Virus record (IMG/VR): IMGVR_UViG_637000270_000013
Direction: 5' to 3' (one strand)
Length of the DNA stretch: 58,884 nt
Source of the DNA: a virus
Shown here: one piece after another, positions 27,224 through 36,244 of the stretch
Position numbering within the stretch: position 1 is the first letter of the stretch
Layout: each line of letters begins with the position of its first letter
Made by a program: the position numbers and the translations under genes
The notes under the pieces: generated by a model
Told to the model about the DNA's origin: nothing
The model's database searches: none
The model's input: only the letters and a program-made list of their open reading frames with translations

Positions 27224-27554
27224 GATATCCTCCCGGTAGTCAGTGGCTTTTGTGGCGATATGCTGTAGGAATTGCGATTCATCCGAAGTATTTCCCCGCT
27301 CTGCAATATAATACATCAGGCTACGGAACTGCTCTTTCGGTATTGCCCATAGGATTGAGCAGACGGGCGATATCAGTAGCCAACTCCAGCATATCTCGCG
27401 TTCGGATGTGCTTCTGTACTAACTCTAGCAGCGCTACCCGCCGATGAGACAGTATTTCATCATCCGGCATAGCCGTGATATCAACCAGCGGAAATGCTCG
27501 TATATAGAATGATTCTGCCAGTTCAGGGTCAGCAAAGCAATCGAACCATTGGGT
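27026..27554 (-). pseudogene. Rpn/YhgA-like nuclease 3' fragment
   Basis: [31 protein letters not shown] and MTIAEQL motifs; 5' half missing; frameshift near 27320. Confidence 0.9.
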
Positions 27555-27570
27555 CAGCGTATCGGTAAGC

Positions 27571-27610
27571 AATCCTTATTGTAGGTGGGATCTGTCCTAC
27601 AATAAGGATT
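27571..27610. repeat. Perfect 15-bp inverted repeat with 10-bp spacer
   Basis: AATCCTTATTGTAGG-tgggatctgt-CCTACAATAAGGATT. Confidence 0.9.
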
Positions 27611-27779
27611 CCGTAATCAGCTGTCGGATGTTTTGGAGACTACGATAGCGGATTTTGAGGCCGAAAATCATTAGAATATTTCCGCTAGATTGAACGTAAA
27701 TGATTGATATTCCGTGTATGAAATGTATCCGTTTATTCCTGTGTAATCAGTTAAATTACTGAAAATAAAAGATTTTACT

Positions 27780-27796
27780 TCGGTCTGTGCGACCGG
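27780..27796 (+). other. att core at the prophage 1/prophage 2 junction
   Basis: TCGGTCTGTGCGACCGG, 16/17 identical to 56414-56430; about 115 bp from the integrase stop. Confidence 0.8.
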
Positions 27797-27840
27797 CGAA
27801 GGGCAACCTTCCGTGGGTTCAAATCCCACCTCCTCCGCCA
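27792..27840 (+). tRNA. Orphan 3' half of a class II tRNA-Ser (non-functional)
   Basis: Variable arm GAAGG-gcaa-CCTTC, T arm GTGGG-TTCAAAT-CCCAC, end GCCA; no D arm or 5' acceptor strand. Confidence 0.85.
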
Positions 27841-27910
27841 TAGTTATCAATAGGTTAGAGTTAATTTAGATATACCTCAAAATACCACTTAGCGTTGAGT
27901 TAGCGTATTT

Positions 27911-28933
27911 TCACTTTTTAGACCTCATTGTAGGTACATCCAAAGATGGTGTAACTCTCACTTTTCTATCATACACTAGCACCTGACTCTCTGATTTATG
28001 CCCGCTGAATAATTGCTTATCTTTTGTACTTCCCTTGTAATCCGAAATACCCTTAGCTTTCAAATCATGAAATGTACAGTCAAGCTCGTAGCCAAGTTGG
28101 GCAGATGCTTTTGAACGAGCTTCCGTCCATCGGTTACTGAAGCCTCGTTTAGTATAATGCCCTTTATGTTGCCCCATGATGACCGGGGTATCGGCTTGTG
28201 CAGGCGCTGAAGAGGATTTGGCTATTTCTATGGCTTCCCGTAATCTTGGCGTCCAGGCTTTAATTTGCTTGATTCCTGTCTTCACTTGCTGAATGAATAT
28301 TCCTTGTTCTGTAATTTGCTGCCACTTCATTCCAAGTACATCAGATAGCCTAGCGGCACACAGATAAGCTATCTCCATTGCAGCTTTAACTACATCATCG
28401 GCCGCATTGTAAATTGCTGTATATTCTTCATCTGTAATATATCTGTCACGTTTGACCGCCTTGAATTTCATCACACCTGCGCAAGGATTTCCCTTCACAT
28501 AGCCTCGCTCATACCCCCATTTGTACACGTGAGACATGCTTGCCATCTCATGATTGGCCTGTGTTTTGCTTTGTAGGCCGCGCTTATCCATGAACGTTCT
28601 TACGTGCTCAGGTTTGATGTTATCAGCCTTCACCTCACCGAATACGGCGATAAGCTTTTTCTGATGCTGCAAATAATCCTTCTGAGTCCTTGGTTTCAGT
28701 TCAGAGAAGTAGGCACTCCCAAGGAAGGAGTGCCACAATCGGGAAAAGGTTATGACCTTAGTCAGTTCGGACAGCTCTACTTCATATTGTCGCCATGTTT
28801 CAGATATGGACATATCCTTGGGGCCTAGCGCTATCGTTTGATTTTGGCTAGGCTTGAAGTACGTTTTATATTTCCCCCTATATACATTTTTGGATAATTT
28901 ATTATCTTCAGGGTTCTTTCTTCTCTGGCCCAT
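27911..28933 (-). CDS. int: Tyrosine integrase, open reading frame intact
   Basis: AARLSDVL, TFHDLKAKGISD, GHKSESQV..YDR catalytic residues. Confidence 0.95.
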   Translation of the reverse strand: MGQRRKNPEDNKLSKNVYRGKYKTYFKPSQNQTIALGPKDMSISETWRQYEVELSELTKVITFSRLWHSFLGSAYFSELKPRTQKDYLQHQKKLIAVFGEVKADNIKPEHVRTFMDKRGLQSKTQANHEMASMSHVYKWGYERGYVKGNPCAGVMKFKAVKRDRYITDEEYTAIYNAADDVVKAAMEIAYLCAARLSDVLGMKWQQITEQGIFIQQVKTGIKQIKAWTPRLREAIEIAKSSSAPAQADTPVIMGQHKGHYTKRGFSNRWTEARSKASAQLGYELDCTFHDLKAKGISDYKGSTKDKQLFSGHKSESQVLVYDRKVRVTPSLDVPTMRSKK

Positions 28934-29146
28934 TTAAATTACTCCAAAATTAGGCTCTTCCTCTTCTGGCTGATGATTGCTAGTGCTTGGTACTACCTGA
29001 AAATGTGAACGGTAGACCGCTGGCTTTCCCCTAGCGTTTTCTTCAAACCGAATATTCAGCTTTGCCAGCCATGATTTTTGTAATTTCGGTTTTTTGTATC
29101 TAGTAAGAATGTACACTTCGTCATCATCAAGAAATGCTGTAGCCAT
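28934..29146 (-). CDS. Excisionase-like (DUF4224) protein
   Basis: FLDDDEVYILTRYKKPKLQKSWL...EPNFG; directly upstream of int. Confidence 0.8.
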   Translation of the reverse strand: MATAFLDDDEVYILTRYKKPKLQKSWLAKLNIRFEENARGKPAVYRSHFQVVPSTSNHQPEEEEPNFGVI

Positions 29147-29290
29147 AATGACCTCTGCTTAAATCAAGCCGCTGCGCCGTTCGTCATGACGGCGAGCAGG
29201 CGGGGGAATGGCGAATCGTAGAAATAGAGTTGCACACCTGGTGTGCAGTGGTGAGGTGATTTCAGGCTGCCATGCGACAGCCGGGATTAT

Positions 29291-29563
29291 TTATTGCATG
29301 GTCGCTTGAATCCGATGCAGCGCACCATTTACCAGAGAGGACAGTATTTCCTCTTTTGGCAGTCCAGAACGAATGCCTTCCTCATATTCCTCAATAAGCT
29401 TGCAGTCCGCTTCAAATCGCGTTTGCCGGATATCATCTTTAAGAAGCCAGCATTCTGCATCGGCCTGATTTTCCATGCGGATAATGCGGTTTTCCAGTTT
29501 TTCAATTTCTTTGATAAGCCCCGTTTCCCGGCGAGCGAGTAATTCGGTGAGTAAACTATTCAT
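29291..29563 (-). CDS. Phage hypothetical protein, paralogue of 2359-2649
   Basis: Direct sequence similarity to 2359-2649. Confidence 0.7.
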   Translation of the reverse strand: MNSLLTELLARRETGLIKEIEKLENRIIRMENQADAECWLLKDDIRQTRFEADCKLIEEYEEGIRSGLPKEEILSSLVNGALHRIQATMQ

Positions 29564-29580
29564 ATTTCACCTCAATAGCG

Positions 29581-29760
29581 TTAATGTGAGTTTGAAAAGC
29601 GGCGTAGATTAGGCATCTGTAAGTTCATTCCTAGTTTATCGGCTTTTTGTTGTGCCTCGTAATAGCTAGTAATTACCTTACCATCAGGGAATAACCAGAT
29701 GCCGGGGGTTGAATTATAAAACATCACCTTATCTTTCATAAGATTAGCATTCTTGTCCAT
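29581..29760 (-). CDS. Phage hypothetical protein
   Basis: GGAG RBS before MDKNANL. Confidence 0.5.
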   Translation of the reverse strand: MDKNANLMKDKVMFYNSTPGIWLFPDGKVITSYYEAQQKADKLGMNLQMPNLRRFSNSH

Positions 29761-29832
29761 GCTGAACTCCTGTATTGCAGATAGCCGACTCCCTGACCGG
29801 GGGTCAGCCATGAATTGCGTTAATGAATAGAT

Positions 29833-30414
29833 TTAGAAGGGGATGTCTGAATCCGGGGCGGATGTTTCCTGTTGCTCATAGCCACGCGGTGATTGTTTGC
29901 GCTCGTCCTTATCTTGTAGCGTTGCAACTTGCTTATCGATAGCCTGTGCGGGAAGATTCTTTATTTTCTTCTCCAGTGTTTGACGCGTCTGAGCCGCAAA
30001 AGGAAGCATAATATCAAGGCTGTGCGTTTCCTTGCCGTCTGACTTGGTTTTCAACATCTTTTGCAGTACTAGTCCAATACGTTGACCGGTAAGCTCTGGT
30101 GCCAGATGCGTATGGGCATCAATCATTTTGGTAGTGAGCTGCTGAACACCAATACAACCCATAATGGCATTAATCATATTGATACCATATTTATTCGGTG
30201 TTTTGTCTTTTTTCTGGCAATAGATATTAATGTAATTTGCTTTCTTTCCGTCTTCGTTTTCAACTGAAAACTCAATGGATTCTGCGCCGCTCTGGCTGGT
30301 CATATACTTTGCTTCCAGAATGGTGACGACATAAGCGCCAGATTCAGTGATAAATCCGCTTTGACCGGCGGCCAGTGCTGCTTCCTGATTGTAAATGAAT
30401 GTCACGTTATTCAT
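29833..30414 (-). CDS. DUF669-like ssDNA-binding protein
   Basis: Follows the Sak4 ATPase; acidic DSDIPF tail. Confidence 0.75.
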   Translation of the reverse strand: MNNVTFIYNQEAALAAGQSGFITESGAYVVTILEAKYMTSQSGAESIEFSVENEDGKKANYINIYCQKKDKTPNKYGINMINAIMGCIGVQQLTTKMIDAHTHLAPELTGQRIGLVLQKMLKTKSDGKETHSLDIMLPFAAQTRQTLEKKIKNLPAQAIDKQVATLQDKDERKQSPRGYEQQETSAPDSDIPF

Positions 30415-31082
30415 GCTGTTTTTTCCTTAATCATTTGGATGTTGTTGATGCCGTAGTAAGAGCAGATAGCGTCATCAATGGCTTTAAGGTCATTGTCTAC
30501 CAGGGTTTCGCTAAATATGCCCATAGAACTCTTGCAGCAGTCCTGCCCGTTGGTTTGCGTCGAGAAGCGGTAATTACCGTTATTGACAACGGCCCGCAAT
30601 ACAATGGTGAAATAACCCTCTGGGACAATTGTCTGGTCAACCATTTTTCCCACTGTTTTCATTCTAATGTTACCGAAGTCGTCCGTTTGAGTATGAGCTA
30701 GGATATAAACTCTGCGATGTTCATCCAGCGCTCCGGCAGTATTGAATATCGACCAAGCGTTTTTCCCGATATCAGTAAATTTATCGTAACCCCGTTCACT
30801 GGAGCGATTCATTAGCTCATTGACCAATACTGATTGATAGTCGTCAATAACAACGATTTCATGTGGTGATTTTTTCAGTATTTGCTCTATCTTTGTTGAG
30901 TTGTCAGTTCTGATTCGATTCCCTCCATCCTGGGCGTTAGTGCATAATTTCCAATCGGAAGACCTGAAAGGTAAAGGTTTACTTATGCATTGGATAAGGA
31001 GTAATTTTTCCGGGTCAAGATTTCTCAGGCTGGTAGATTTACTGCTACCTGATTTTCCCAACACTAATGTTTCTATACTCAT
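30411..31082 (-). CDS. Sak4-like recombination ATPase with altered Walker A
   Basis: LVLGKSGSSKSTSLRNL (GKS expected where SKS is seen), VVIDDYQ and YILAH motifs. Confidence 0.8.
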   Translation of the reverse strand: MSIETLVLGKSGSSKSTSLRNLDPEKLLLIQCISKPLPFRSSDWKLCTNAQDGGNRIRTDNSTKIEQILKKSPHEIVVIDDYQSVLVNELMNRSSERGYDKFTDIGKNAWSIFNTAGALDEHRRVYILAHTQTDDFGNIRMKTVGKMVDQTIVPEGYFTIVLRAVVNNGNYRFSTQTNGQDCCKSSMGIFSETLVDNDLKAIDDAICSYYGINNIQMIKEKTA

Positions 31083-31103
31083 TGTTCACCTTAAAAAGGT
31101 TAG

Positions 31104-31536
31104 TTAGTTACCGTTTGGCATTAAGTATTTGATGTTTAGCTTTTTTGTGTGTGCATAATGCAGCGATTCTTTCTTCGCTTCACGCATGCCTAAGCGCCGA
31201 TATTCAAGCGCCTGAACCAAGTAGAAACGCCGACATTCCTTACTCATACGCAGTGTTTGCACTTGTGGCGGTATGTTATCTAATAAGTTCATCCTTTATC
31301 CCTACCTCATATATTTTGATAGTAATATCCCATAGCAACGCGTCGTGTAATCGCAGAGATTCAGCGATTAGCGCCTGAATTAACTTATTGGCATAGCACA
31401 TTGCCTTCTTGCCGGAGAATATCGATAAGCTTTCTGTATCCACACTTCTCAGCCATTTTACGATTTTATTCAATTGCGTTTCTTCCGGGTGATAGCTCAC
31501 CATGAGGGCAGCATTACCCGCGAATGCGTAATTCAT
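31104..31536 (-). other. Two small phage early hypothetical genes (31104-31292, 31276-31536)
   Basis: Coupled ORFs; MNYAFAGNA start typical of lambdoid early-left genes. Confidence 0.5.
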
Positions 31537-31551
31537 GGGGTGCTCCTGTTA

Positions 31552-31761
31552 TTATTGTGTTATTTTTGTATTGTATGTTGCGTGACTCATGGTTTTCCAA
31601 CTCTGACCGTTATCTTTAGATAACATGCGCCAGCAGAGACAGAGCCGCATTGATAAATAACCCGTTCGTTGAATACGTATTGCATAAGCAAGTCCTTCAC
31701 GGTACAGATATTCAAGTTGAGTTGCCTTCTTTTTTATTCGTTCAGGAATTTTAGGTTTCAT
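31552..31761 (-). CDS. Small ParE-like-fold phage protein
   Basis: GYLSMRL..CWRMLSKDNGQSWKTMSHATYN motif. Confidence 0.55.
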   Translation of the reverse strand: MKPKIPERIKKKATQLEYLYREGLAYAIRIQRTGYLSMRLCLCWRMLSKDNGQSWKTMSHATYNTKITQ

Positions 31762-32011
31762 GCTCCTTCTCCAGTTTACTGAGAATTTTCTTCAAAGTTT
31801 CAGCCTGTACAAATTGTACAGCGATGCATTCCAAAAATAACCGACTAAAAACTAATACTATTGCTGAAAAGATAACTATCTTTGGTTCTGCATCCATAAT
31901 GCCAATGACAGTGGTTATACCTGCTGCTATCCATGTCATAATTGAAATAGCGTTGATAATCTTCAGTGTCCAGAACGTTTTAAACATGGTTAAATTCCTT
32001 TTATATTTCAC
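31751..32011 (-). CDS. Small two-TM membrane protein
   Basis: Two hydrophobic helices. Confidence 0.55.
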   Translation of the reverse strand: MKYKRNLTMFKTFWTLKIINAISIMTWIAAGITTVIGIMDAEPKIVIFSAIVLVFSRLFLECIAVQFVQAETLKKILSKLEKEHET

Positions 32012-32023
32012 ATTTTGGTGTGA

Positions 32024-32400
32024 TCAACCATCGGCTTCTTCAAATTCGCCGTTTGCATTAAGCACATACCAGGTATCCGGTTTCACGCCGTTGTCGCCAA
32101 TCTTGCTTGCAGAACTGTGATGGAGTCTTCCTACCTGGAATAAATTTTGTAAATAATGAATCTCCTCTTCTTGTTTCTTATTGACCAATGCCAGCTTGGC
32201 TTCACTCTTTTTCGATTCCAGCAGAGTTTCCAGCGCAGAAATGTAATTTTCCGGCAATGCAGGGGCTGCGGTGATTGCCTGCGCTTTACCAGACTCAAGA
32301 GTGAACCAGCGTCAATGACGGCAGCACGGCGTTTTACGTCGTAGCCTGTGATGAGGATTTCTGTATGACGGCGGTCGAGAAGAAACTAGGCGACATAGCC
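32024..32400 (-). pseudogene. Fused remnants: phage regulatory/antirepressor gene and a GVKPDTWY-type early gene
   Basis: LPENYISALETLLES followed by ASKIGDNGVKPDTWYVLNANGEFEEA. Confidence 0.5.
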
Positions 32401-32681
32401 GCGCCCATCAATAGCAACGATTACACCTTCAATTATCGTAACTTTCTGATTTTTATGATTATCCAAATTTGGGGCATCTTTTTCTATCTGATAAAGCTGC
32501 TCAAGCATCTCTCATACGTCACGGATAACATGGTCGTGTCGTTTACCGACAAGCTCCTCAATCTCGTGGCTGGACATGGTTAATGTTTGTGCAATGGTTA
32601 AATTTTGCATACAGATATATCTCGTTGGTTAAAACGATAATGGAACCCCAGCACGATACCGGGGCGGGATTATGTGATTAG

Positions 32682-33195
32682 CTACCGAGTTTTTTTAATT
32701 AGATCGTCTTTGTGTATGACGAGATAGTCAGCTCGACGCGCGATCTCGAACAATGTATCGAGACTGGCAACGTATTCGTCATTAACGATTGGCCGAGAGC
32801 TGATGACTTTATTATCTTGGAGGGTGAGTAAGATTTCGCTGGTTACGCCACTGACGGCAACTGCGCCATGAAGCCGTTCTTCCATGCGGTTAAACTCCGC
32901 TATGTAAGCTTCCTTGAACGCTGCTGCTTTCTTGCCCGTAAAGCCCATGACGAGGAAGACGAAGCCGTCTTTGGTCATCTTGAACATCGGGTGTTTTTCG
33001 CCTTTTGCATCGATGTAATCAACGGGCTGAAAATTCAGCCGGTTAAATTTTTCAGAACAATCAATGGATTCTATCTTCTGGATGGCGTTTTTATGTAGCT
33101 TGCCGAAGTAATCAGCAACGTCTACTGATGTAGTTACGGCTCTGCCGTTGTGAACGCTAACTTTAGGTGCAGTAAGAGATCGTTGAAGGGCCATA
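32682..33195 (-). CDS. Rha-family phage regulator
   Basis: TTSVDVADYFGKLHKN and MTKDGFVFLVMGFTGKKAAAFKEAYI motifs. Confidence 0.9.
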
Positions 33196-33250
33196 ATAGC
33201 CTCCGATAGTGATCTTGATGTAATCACCACCATGAGGTTCCTAATCTCAT

Positions 33251-33330
33251 TGGTGGCGAGCTGAACAGGGTTAGGAACTACCGGGATCACCATCCGGCCA
33301 GCCTTGCGGCTGCCCTATCCAGCCCACCAT
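33251..33330 (-). ncRNA. C4-type antisense RNA, copy 1
   Basis: Cloverleaf-like fold with loops GGTGAT and GTTCCTAA complementary to flanking ATCAC(C) and TTAGGA(A/G)C sites; upstream terminator and TTGACG/TATAGT promoter. Confidence 0.8.
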
Positions 33331-33551
33331 TGAGATGAGGCTAGATTGCGACATAAAAAACACGCTCGCGGCGTGTTACTCTGTCGCGGTGATTCCTTCG
33401 AGGCTCCTAATCCCGGCACCTGAATTTGCAGATGCAGATTGACTATAGCGCATGGGTTATCCTTGCGTCAATGGGGTGGTGGATGTCGATTGTTACCTTG
33501 CACAAAATCTCTGTAGTCCTTGTGGAATGTAGGTTCTTCTGCACACAACCC

Positions 33552-34040
33552 TTAGCCCAGCATTTCTACGCTAATACCTTTGGCCGTATAGCCGGTTACT
33601 TGTCGTCCATCGATGCGGATGCGTTTCTTCGCTAGGAAGCGGATATGGTCGGCGTAGACATGAAGCCATTTACCATCGACGGGGATGCGTTTGAAGCCGA
33701 AGCGCTCACGTTCTGACGCTTGCACAAATGGAATAAAAGCCTTTTTAGACAATTGGTTATCTGTGCGCAAGCCCTTGTGATATTCATGCGACATCTTATC
33801 GCTACCCGCCAACCCAGTATCGCTATCGGCCTCATGTACGGAGACGCCGGAATGCAGCCAAACAAGGCCGTTACCGTTATGCCGCAAGCCAAGGTCGGTT
33901 AGCGTGCATGTGCCGTTATTGGTGGGCGTCCAGTCGCCGGAGATGACGTGTCGGCGTAGGGTGGCTATATCGCTCTCTGCTGGCCGGATTTCGGGCGCAG
34001 AAGAAGCAGGGAGCGTTAACTCCCGATTTTGCAATTGCAT
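33552..34040 (-). CDS. Phage hypothetical protein
   Basis: 162-aa ORF with GAGG RBS. Confidence 0.55.
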   Translation of the reverse strand: MQLQNRELTLPASSAPEIRPAESDIATLRRHVISGDWTPTNNGTCTLTDLGLRHNGNGLVWLHSGVSVHEADSDTGLAGSDKMSHEYHKGLRTDNQLSKKAFIPFVQASERERFGFKRIPVDGKWLHVYADHIRFLAKKRIRIDGRQVTGYTAKGISVEMLG

Positions 34041-34299
34041 GATTGAGCCTCGATAGGGGGATGGTAGGATTACGCCTGCTTCAAAAGCTTTATGAATGCT
34101 TCACGCATTTTTGCAGTGGGCGACCAGCGGGTAGTGGCAACGCCCATTTCCGCGGGTTTCAGGATGATTCCGCCTCTCTCGCCAGAGTAGACTTCAAGGC
34201 TAGTGATGCGCGGCTCCCAGTGTTCAATACCCCTACCCTAGGCACGATAAGCGTTTGGTTGTAGTTCATGGAGGTAACTCCTTCCGTTGATGTAGTTAA

Positions 34300-34590
34300 T
34301 TACTTTGCAAACTTCATAGGTAAATTATTTTTGAGGCCACCTTCGGTTAGCTTGTATACAGCGGTCTTAGTGGCTCCCGTACTCCCAATGGCTCGCTTGG
34401 TCTTGAGTGTTCCGTTCTCAAGTTCGTTTAGCCAACGCTGTGCCGTGGCCTCAAGTGGTTCATTTAGGGTTCCTGTGGCGCATGGCAGATATCGTTCAAT
34501 CTGTATCCAGATATCGCCTCGTCTTTGAAAGAACTTTCCTTTTTGTGTCGAATAGTTAGCACCGTAAATGCTCGGAAATACCGGAGCCAT
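34300..34590 (-). CDS. Phage hypothetical protein flanked by 17-bp direct repeats
   Basis: ACTCCTTCCGTTGATGT at 34277-34293 and 34598-34614. Confidence 0.6.
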   Translation of the reverse strand: MAPVFPSIYGANYSTQKGKFFQRRGDIWIQIERYLPCATGTLNEPLEATAQRWLNELENGTLKTKRAIGSTGATKTAVYKLTEGGLKNNLPMKFAK

Positions 34591-34653
34591 TGGTGTTACT
34601 CCTTCCGTTGATGTGGTGGATACGCTACACTTGGCTTAACACAGGAGGACCCC

Positions 34654-35070
34654 ATGGGACAAATTGCATTTGATACATTGCAGGCGTCAGAAGAGCTTCA
34701 GACAGCCGGGCTTACCAGTGAGCAAGCCAAGGCGATTTCGCTCGTCGTGCGCAAGTCTCATGAAGTGGCGGATGTGGCCACCAAGCGTGACCTTGAGGAT
34801 GTGCGCAAGGACTTGACGGCGCAGATAGCCGATGTCCGTAAGGACCTGTCCGCAGAGATACAGATACGCTTTGATAAATCCGACGCACAAATCAACTTGC
34901 TTCGTAAAGACACCATTGCTCTCTTTGAAAAAGTTGATGCGAAGAGCGATGCTCAGATATCGTTGCTTCGTAAGGATGTTGAAAATATCGCTACTGGATT
35001 GCTGCTAAAACTCGGCGGGGTCATTGTGGTGACTATCAGCGCTGCAACAGCGGTGATGAAATTTCTTTAA
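34654..35070 (+). CDS. DUF1640/CCDC90-like coiled-coil membrane-anchored protein (moron)
   Basis: AFDTLQASEELQTAGLTSEQAKAI, VATKRDL, C-terminal TM; strong RBS; opposite strand to neighbours. Confidence 0.8.
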   Translation: MGQIAFDTLQASEELQTAGLTSEQAKAISLVVRKSHEVADVATKRDLEDVRKDLTAQIADVRKDLSAEIQIRFDKSDAQINLLRKDTIALFEKVDAKSDAQISLLRKDVENIATGLLLKLGGVIVVTISAATAVMKFL

Positions 35071-35276
35071 CAATATATCCTCGTTAGCCTACGTACCTTT
35101 TGCCGGAGGTCATCGTTCTCCTTCAGTAACGTGCTAATTATCCCCCGGCATACTCTGGTGTTGTTGTCATCGCAACTATGAGGTTCCATGCTTAATAGAT
35201 ATTTCGAGCAGTCAATGTTGAAGGCGGTGACCATATTATTTTTGAATTCTATATGGGACTTAGTGAGTTGCATCAT
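35067..35276 (-). CDS. Phage hypothetical protein
   Basis: 69-aa ORF with GGAGG RBS. Confidence 0.45.
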   Translation of the reverse strand: MMQLTKSHIEFKNNMVTAFNIDCSKYLLSMEPHSCDDNNTRVCRGIISTLLKENDDLRQKVRRLTRIYC

Positions 35277-35475
35277 TTAATCCTCCGTTGACTATCAAAA
35301 TATTTTCGCTTCTCCCAATATTTCCCGCATTCTTTGCAGCAGAAATTATCCTCGGCTGGTCTTCACAATTATAGCAACGACCGGTTAGGGATAATTCCTC
35401 TTCTCGATAATGGGCAATCTGGTGTTGGCGGAAAGCTTCTTCGTGTTGGCTGGCTAAATCGACATCATCTGCCAT
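35260..35475 (-). pseudogene. TraR/DksA C4 zinc-finger-like protein, frameshifted
   Basis: MADDVDLASQHEE...TGRCYNCE; second Cys pair is in another frame. Confidence 0.7.
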
Positions 35476-36244
35476 AAATCTATTTGATGCTCCTAATCGT
35501 TTAATAACTTCCGGGTATTGTCCGTAAGTGGTACCTGATATTTCTCAACCATTCTCGCGGCATAAGCGAGTGCGTCCTCACGGTTGGAGAAGTCCCCGAT
35601 GGCCTGTAGCAAGCCGTCGCCGCCCCGGATATAAATTCTGAAAAAGTCAGAATTATCATTCTCTTGTAAGAAATGTCCTCAATCGTCTACAACGCCAGAC
35701 AGGATGATTTCACTAACAATCGACCCCGGCGCTATCAGGTGGTCGAATTCGTCAATGAGCTTTTGCATGGTGGTCTCCGTGGTAATGTTGACGACGCTAT
35801 GAACTTACAGACTGAGTCTATTGATTTCGTCAAGCTTATTTTCTATCTCATCGGATACACGCATAATTTTACGCGCAAATTCTCTAGCAATTCTTGGACT
35901 AACTTCACCTATCTAAGGCAAACTTACTGTTGAACGATTTTCGTATTTTAATTCAGCAATATCGAACTTTATGTTGGCGGTAATGTTTGTTAAACACATG
36001 CTGTCACCGCCAAGGATAGAAATTATGGACATCGACTATTCTCCGGTTATTAAATGATTACCTCGCTGAAAATGTCCCCGCCTATCTTGTTAAGTGCCTG
36101 CTTTGTTGACCCTCTCAGGCGGCGAGGGTTGCTGCTATTCCCCAACAGTAAGGTGGATGTGTAGATAACTGTTTCCAGGTTGACATCCTCCATTTGTCGG
36201 AATGATATGTCACTAGGACAGGGAGGGATGTATATGAAGCTTAC

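Noticed and set aside
27781-27840. Functional tRNA gene
   Set aside because: No 5' acceptor strand or D arm, and the loop is not a valid Ser anticodon loop.
36060-36160. Possible structured RNA in the early-left leader of prophage 2
   Set aside because: Some pairing potential, but no family or boundaries that I can support from the sequence alone.
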